From: a virus
Lineage: Duplodnaviria; Caudoviricetes
DNA: 64,000 bases
IMG/VR virus record: IMGVR_UViG_3300013426_000001
Location: 1 to 64,000 of that record
Strand: one strand, 5' to 3'
Positions 58,981 through 64,000 of this stretch are shown one piece after another. Both the position numbers and the translations under genes were made by a program. How positions within the stretch are numbered: position 1 is the first letter of the stretch; each line of letters starts with the position of its first letter. Under the pieces are notes generated by a model. The model saw only the letters and a program-made list of their open reading frames with translations. It did no database searches and had not been told where the DNA came from.

Positions 58981-60219
58981 ATGTATAAAACTAAAAATAC
59001 GGCAAGCGGCGATATACTCTCGTATTACTCCGCCGACACCGCCGCAAATTACCCGATAGAACGAATAAAACAAGAGATTGACAATTCGCCAGTCATAAAT
59101 CCACGTTACAGATTACACATTCTTAATGCTGATGAAACGGTTAAGGAAGATATCCCCGAAGACGATATTATTTTGGGTGGATCGTATAGCGAAAATTATC
59201 AAAACGGGCAGCGTAGAAGTTTGTCTTTTTCATTATATAACTTTCACAAAAAATACACACCTTCGATAAATGGTTTGTGGACAGGCGTGAAACTCAACCT
59301 TGAATTAGGGCTTCAGATAGATGGAGCAGTTGTTTGGTTCCCGAAGGGTACTTATGCAATAACGAGTATAACTTCGTCGCATAAACAAGGAGAAACTAAC
59401 GTTTCGGTGGAAGCCAGTGATAAATTCTCGATTCTCGAGGGTGCAGATGGATTGCTTGACACTTCTTATACAATCCCAGTCGGCTCGGAAATCCACGAAG
59501 TTATACGTGATTTGTTGAAAACTCCAAAAGGTAACGGAGAACCGCTTGACCCGCTTGACATTATTTACCATAGCGCATTCAAAGGCAAGACGACGCAAGC
59601 AACGATAACCAAAGAAACGGGCGACACGGTTGGTTCGATAATTCTCGATTTGGCGACACAGCTTAACGCCGAAGTGTTTTATGATATAGAAGGGCACCTG
59701 AATATTATTCCGATAAATTCGGTTACGGACGACGAGGATAAGACGATTATATATCATTTTTATGATGAAATCGGTGGCATTGAGGGTTTAGATTTATCAT
59801 TTGATTTGAGCGGTGTTGTCAACCGTGTTATCGTTATTGGCTCGACCAGTAACAGTGAGACTTATCGTGCGATTGCAGTCAACGATAACCCAGGCTCTCC
59901 GTTATGTTATCAACGAATTGGTTATAGAACCGCCAGCCCCATAAGCGATAGCAATATTACGTCGCAGGTTTTAGCGCAAGAAAGAGCGGATTATGAATTA
60001 CGGCAGAAGCTTATTTTAAAGTCGTCGTCAACGGTTACGGTTAGATATAACCCGTTACTTCTTGTTAACAATCTCATCACAATTACGGATGATTTTTACG
60101 GGCTTAATCAGGTGCGTTTTTTAGTACAGGGAATCTCAATGGCGTTGGATTATAGCGGTGCGATGAGTTTAACAATTTCGAATATACAGAACTTTACGTT
60201 CTTAACTACGGGTAGGTGA
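58981..60219 (+). CDS. Baseplate hub / tail-associated protein
   Basis: NGQRRSLS...FPKGTY...FYDIEGHL...NRVIVIG...AQERADYEL hub-like pattern. Confidence 0.65.
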   Translation: MYKTKNTASGDILSYYSADTAANYPIERIKQEIDNSPVINPRYRLHILNADETVKEDIPEDDIILGGSYSENYQNGQRRSLSFSLYNFHKKYTPSINGLWTGVKLNLELGLQIDGAVVWFPKGTYAITSITSSHKQGETNVSVEASDKFSILEGADGLLDTSYTIPVGSEIHEVIRDLLKTPKGNGEPLDPLDIIYHSAFKGKTTQATITKETGDTVGSIILDLATQLNAEVFYDIEGHLNIIPINSVTDDEDKTIIYHFYDEIGGIEGLDLSFDLSGVVNRVIVIGSTSNSETYRAIAVNDNPGSPLCYQRIGYRTASPISDSNITSQVLAQERADYELRQKLILKSSSTVTVRYNPLLLVNNLITITDDFYGLNQVRFLVQGISMALDYSGAMSLTISNIQNFTFLTTGR

Positions 60220-60224
60220 TTATT

Positions 60225-60506
60225 ATGACGACAAATGCAGAACAATTAGTAGACTTAATCCGTGAAATCGTGCGTGAAGAAGTTAAAAAGCAAGATAGCA
60301 CCGTGCCTTGTATAGTCGATTCGGTGAATGATGACGGGACGGTTAATTTGTGCATTTTACCCGACCTTGACACGGTAGTTAACCGAATACTTAATCCCAA
60401 TCACATTGATTGTCGAGAAGGCGACACGGTTTTATTGTATAAGGTTAAGAATCAAATAAATAACTCTTTTATAATTATTAATTATTCTAGGAGAAATAGT
60501 AATTAA
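60225..60506 (+). CDS. Small OB-fold-like tail spike/baseplate protein
   Basis: CIVDSVNDDGTVNL...GDTVLL; last late gene before terminator. Confidence 0.5.
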   Translation: MTTNAEQLVDLIREIVREEVKKQDSTVPCIVDSVNDDGTVNLCILPDLDTVVNRILNPNHIDCREGDTVLLYKVKNQINNSFIIINYSRRNSN

Positions 60507-60572
60507 ATAAGTAAAGAATTGTAGAAATATATGTAGAAAAGTAAAGAAAAGAATAGTTAATAATTTTCAGAT

Positions 60573-60617
60573 AAAGGAATATTGGATTTTAACAGATTTC
60601 CAGTATTCCTTTTTTTT
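60573..60617 (+). terminator. Terminator at end of late region
   Basis: ggaatattgga/tccagtattcc stem followed by T8. Confidence 0.75.
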
Positions 60618-60650
60618 ATCCAATTTTTTCAGAAAAGTCTGCTCAAACGC

Positions 60651-60679
60651 TTGACAAATGGTTTTCGACGTGTTATAAT
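60651..60679 (+). promoter_or_regulatory. Consensus sigmaA early promoter
   Basis: TTGACA-17 nt-TATAAT with extended TG. Confidence 0.9.
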
Positions 60680-60710
60680 AACGGCGAAGAATGAATTTGG
60701 AGGTTGAGTT

Positions 60711-61028
60711 ATGGCTAAAGAAAGGCTTAACACAATGGCAGTCAAAGTGGAAGAAATTCTCAAAAATAAAGCGAAAGCTCGTGACGACGATAACGTGTTA
60801 TACGCGTACTTTCTGAATTCGCTTGGTGTTTCGGTTCGTAAAACGTCGTTTTGGGAAATTACGCGCCGCGTAGTAAATGGCGATTTGCCGTCAATAGAAA
60901 GTGTTGGACGCGTTCGTCGCAAGGTGCAAGAGCTCAATCCCGAACTCATAGGCACGGCAGAAAAGAGAAAAATAAGGTATAAAGCGATTGACGATTACAA
61001 GGAATTCGCTCGCCAAAAGGAGATATAA
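60711..61028 (+). CDS. Hypothetical phage protein
   Basis: SD GGAGG; ARDDD..L...LPSIESV.R.RRKVQE..PEL pattern. Confidence 0.7.
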   Translation: MAKERLNTMAVKVEEILKNKAKARDDDNVLYAYFLNSLGVSVRKTSFWEITRRVVNGDLPSIESVGRVRRKVQELNPELIGTAEKRKIRYKAIDDYKEFARQKEI

Positions 61029-61029
61029 C

Positions 61030-61395
61030 ATGGAAGAAAAAGAAGTTTTCAAAGTTCCACCGAAGGAAGTTCAGCAGGCGGTTATCGACCGCGTTTTAAT
61101 GCGTTTAGAGGCAAGAAGGTCGAGTTTCACTCGCGAAGACGTAATCGGTTTTGCGAAAGAGGCGCAGATTCCGACTGTATACGCAGAGATGGTTAGTCCT
61201 GCTGTTATAGAGGATTTGGGTGGCAGAATTTTTTCGCGCTTGCTCGTAAATGGAATGCTCATTCCAGTAAAAGGAACCAACTATTATAGGAAAATCACCG
61301 AAGAAGAAATGCAGGCGGCAGAGAAGGCTTATTTGGCGGCGCAAGAAGAGACAAAGCAGGAGGTGCAAAATGGCGAAACAACCGTACTTAACTAA
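61030..61395 (+). CDS. Hypothetical protein, possible winged helix
   Basis: SD AAGGAG before ATG 61030. Confidence 0.6.
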   Translation: MEEKEVFKVPPKEVQQAVIDRVLMRLEARRSSFTREDVIGFAKEAQIPTVYAEMVSPAVIEDLGGRIFSRLLVNGMLIPVKGTNYYRKITEEEMQAAEKAYLAAQEETKQEVQNGETTVLN

Positions 61396-61726
61396 AGAGC
61401 AGTTTGTAGAATATGTCGGGCATATAAAAGCGACGTGTGACAAAGACGATATGTTGTCGGAAGCAGTAGAGAAAGCGTGTAACGATGATTGTCGAGTAAT
61501 CGGCTTATATGGCGCCGAATGTTCTGTTATGGTCGATTTGCTTTCGCTCGCAATGGGTCTGGAAGTCGGGACTTGCAGCGGGAACGAGATTGAGTATTTC
61601 ATATACGACCTGAATTTTGGGAAAGATTACGCAGAAGGTTGTCTTACCGAAATGGACGGGACACCAATAGATATTTCAACAGCAGAAAAGTTATACGACT
61701 ACATTGCGTCGGAGGTAGAGGAATGA
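61370..61726 (+). CDS. Hypothetical phage protein
   Basis: SD GGAGG; IEYFIYDLNFG...IDISTAEKLYDY. Confidence 0.7.
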   Translation: MAKQPYLTKEQFVEYVGHIKATCDKDDMLSEAVEKACNDDCRVIGLYGAECSVMVDLLSLAMGLEVGTCSGNEIEYFIYDLNFGKDYAEGCLTEMDGTPIDISTAEKLYDYIASEVEE

Positions 61727-62088
61727 TTACAATGTATGACACACCTAAAAGGGTCAGACTTACCGACTTGTTCCCTGATTCGGGACGTAAGTATTATATT
61801 CAGAAATTCGAATACGGCGATTTTGAAAATTGGGTAACGGCGGTTATATATGAAACGAGCCTCGTCATAAATGATTACTCTCTTAATTCGAGGGTGGTAA
61901 AAGACGGGAAATATTCGGCGTATTTGGCGACGACGTTTATTCCGATTGACGAAGCCGAAAAAATGGGTGGCAATTTCACAAATAGCAATCGCAAATTTGT
62001 CGGTTGCGGAAACGACTTGAAAATAAGTAAACTCGAAGATTTAACCGATTTCGAAGTGGTGGTAGACGGAGAATGGACGAGAGGCTGA
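61723..62088 (+). CDS. Hypothetical protein
   Basis: ATGA overlap with previous gene, SD GGAGG. Confidence 0.55.
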   Translation: MITMYDTPKRVRLTDLFPDSGRKYYIQKFEYGDFENWVTAVIYETSLVINDYSLNSRVVKDGKYSAYLATTFIPIDEAEKMGGNFTNSNRKFVGCGNDLKISKLEDLTDFEVVVDGEWTRG

Positions 62089-62089
62089 A

Positions 62090-63136
62090 ATGCTCAAAGA
62101 CATCAAAGAAAAACTCATAACTAACGCCGACGCGCTTATCGAACTGCTCGAAGAATTTGGGTTTGAAAAAATTACTCCGCGAGTAAGTGAAATTCGATGT
62201 GCTCGAGATGCAGATGGTGGCGGGAATAATATTCAAATCCGCTTGACTGATAACGACGGCGTGATGGTTACGGATTACGCACGCGGCACGCACAGCGATA
62301 TTATCCAATTCATTATGGAGCAGCGCGGCGTCGATTTCCGCACGGTTGTTGGGAAAATTCAGAAAATTCTTGGATTATCAGATGATTGGGTGAGGCAGAA
62401 ACAATTACCATTATTTGGCGGGTTTTATAATCAAATCGGACGAAAGAACGCGGAAGTCGAAGTAAAGACTTATCCAGAAAGCGTGCTCGATCAATACGAT
62501 ATGATACCAAATGAACGCTGGATAAAAGACGGGATTACGATTGAAGCACAGCGGTTTTATAATGTTGGATATGATGTTGAAAGTCAAAGGATAATTTTCC
62601 CAATTAGAAGCGCGGAAAGTGGGATTATTCAAGGAATTAAGGCGCGCGCGAATTTTGATGATATTGATGAATATACTCCAAAGTATATTTACGTTTTACC
62701 AACCCCGATGTCGACAACGCTTTTCAATTATTCGGAAAGTTACGGAGATTTATACGGGAACGAAGTTTGGGTTGTAGAGTCAGAGAAAAGTGCCATGATC
62801 TCATATGGGTTTGGCGTGAAAAATATCGTCGCACTCGGTTCGCACTCGTTGTCCGAAAAGCAGGCGCAGTTAATTTTGCAGCTTAACCCGAAACGAGTGA
62901 TCATGGCGCTCGATGAAGGATTGGATTTCGAGGCGACCGAAACGAACCTTAAATTATTGAAATCGTTTTCAGCATTGCGCGATCTTGAACTCTGGTATTG
63001 GGACACGACACTCGACCCGATGATTAAAGGGACGAAATGTGGACCGTGTGATAACGGCGTAGAATATTTCGAAAAGGTTAAAAATGAGCAATTAAAGAGG
63101 TGGGAAAATGACAAAAAGAAAGTTGAAGAAATTTAA
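62090..63136 (+). CDS. DnaG-like DNA primase (TOPRIM) with degenerate Zn-binding domain
   Basis: RIIFPIR...GIKAR, KY, LFNY, VVESEKS, VALG, MALDEG. Confidence 0.85.
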   Translation: MLKDIKEKLITNADALIELLEEFGFEKITPRVSEIRCARDADGGGNNIQIRLTDNDGVMVTDYARGTHSDIIQFIMEQRGVDFRTVVGKIQKILGLSDDWVRQKQLPLFGGFYNQIGRKNAEVEVKTYPESVLDQYDMIPNERWIKDGITIEAQRFYNVGYDVESQRIIFPIRSAESGIIQGIKARANFDDIDEYTPKYIYVLPTPMSTTLFNYSESYGDLYGNEVWVVESEKSAMISYGFGVKNIVALGSHSLSEKQAQLILQLNPKRVIMALDEGLDFEATETNLKLLKSFSALRDLELWYWDTTLDPMIKGTKCGPCDNGVEYFEKVKNEQLKRWENDKKKVEEI

Positions 63137-63542
63137 AGGTTTTCACAATTTATCGGCTGGGCTTTTCGGTTATCGTGGCTGGCATTGGTATAAAAACATT
63201 GGCGATTTCTGGCTCTTAATTAAACGCGCATCTTTCGCTTTAAACCACGGTTACGCGCCGCAAGCGTTATGGGAAACTGATGGTTGGTTTATTGGCGTTA
63301 TGCGGGAAGTTTTAACGAATTATCGCGACAATCGTATCTTTGTCGGGTTTTTCGAAACTGAAACCGAAACCACTGAAGAGAATGAACAAAAGACCAATGA
63401 GATGCTCGACCATATGATAGGGCTGCTCGACAAAATGGAACTCGATACCATAAAAGACGAGGAAACGGCGAAAGAATCAGATGCAGCGAAAGAGGAGTTT
63501 TTCGCCCTATTCAGTAAGTATTTTCATTATTTTTGGGAGTAA
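63108..63542 (+). CDS. Hypothetical phage protein
   Basis: 144 aa; ends LFSKYFHYFWE. Confidence 0.65.
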   Translation: MTKRKLKKFKGFHNLSAGLFGYRGWHWYKNIGDFWLLIKRASFALNHGYAPQALWETDGWFIGVMREVLTNYRDNRIFVGFFETETETTEENEQKTNEMLDHMIGLLDKMELDTIKDEETAKESDAAKEEFFALFSKYFHYFWE

Positions 63543-63544
63543 AA

Positions 63545-63775
63545 ATGGATAAGATCTTGAAAACAGAAATTAAATTATGCCCTTGTTGTATGGAAACACA
63601 TGAAGTAAAAACGGTTAAAACTCGCGTTATAGAACATTATAAAGGCAAAATAATTCGGTACGATGCGATATGCTATTATTGCGCGAATGCGGACGAATAT
63701 TACGAAGACGAAGATATGATGAAAGAAAATCACGAAAAAATGGAGGAAATCTATGAAAACAGCAAAAGTGTATAA
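63545..63775 (+). CDS. Stand-alone YgiT/MqsA-type Zn-ribbon protein
   Basis: CPCC...YKG..I.Y...YYC....E.Y......EN; no HTH. Confidence 0.55.
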   Translation: MDKILKTEIKLCPCCMETHEVKTVKTRVIEHYKGKIIRYDAICYYCANADEYYEDEDMMKENHEKMEEIYENSKSV

Positions 63776-64000
63776 ATATAACGGAATTATGTATAGTAAT
63801 TCGCCCAAGCTGAATTATCTAAGCAGTTGTTCTTTGCTTCGCTTATTAGAGAACGAAGAAAAGGTAATGTCGGTTTTGGATTATGGCAGAAACGATCGCC
63901 TTGTCGAGTATTACTATCTACCTAAAGATTACGAAAGCGGATTTGTAAACTACCAAATCGAAGATTGGGAAGAATTTTTTGACAGATTTGCGGATAAACT
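63753..64000 (+). CDS. Hypothetical protein, truncated by window end
   Basis: SD GGAGG before ATG 63753; frame open to 64000. Confidence 0.6.
   Translation, partial: MKTAKVYKYNGIMYSNSPKLNYLSSCSLLRLLENEEKVMSVLDYGRNDRLVEYYYLPKDYESGFVNYQIEDWEEFFDRFADK

Larger units (their letters stand above)
1..64000 (+). mobile_element. Large siphovirus-type phage/prophage segment with SPbeta-like organisation (RNAP, packaging, head, neck, tail, early genes)
   Basis: Terminase, portal, capsid, tail tube, tape measure and baseplate-like ORFs in canonical order on one strand; Firmicutes-type SD sequences and sigmaA promoters; no host housekeeping genes. Confidence 0.95.

Noticed and set aside
1-64000. Stop-codon reassignment or tRNA genes
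   Set aside because: Standard-code ORFs already tile the window densely; no cloverleaf recognised in the short intergenic gaps

Overview
The whole window is a gene-dense, all-plus-strand segment of a large tailed phage or prophage of Firmicutes type, with a gene order resembling Bacillus phage SPbeta. In order: the 3' exon of a YonO-like single-subunit RNA polymerase, interrupted by a group I intron apparently inside the catalytic DxDGD motif; two paralogous RNAP-linked genes; a metallophosphoesterase; terminase; portal; protease/scaffold; major capsid; neck genes; tail tube; an ~18 kb array of fibre/adhesin genes with a tyrosine recombinase in the middle; a 3462-aa tape measure protein; baseplate genes; and the start of a sigmaA-driven early operon with a primase. 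Two free-standing endonuclease cassettes are inserted in the late region. Best leads: (1) fibre genes whose C-terminal motifs predict the next gene's N-terminal module, suggesting a colinear plug-and-socket chain; (2) a PD-(D/E)XK nuclease domain and AT-hook in a ~1400-aa N-terminal extension of the tape measure protein; (3) a shared three-way-junction leader RNA on both endonuclease genes whose loop covaries with each gene's Shine-Dalgarno; (4) the intron in the RNAP active site; (5) an exact 35-bp repeat that may be the phage-RNAP promoter. All product calls come from motif recognition and synteny by eye; no database search was run.
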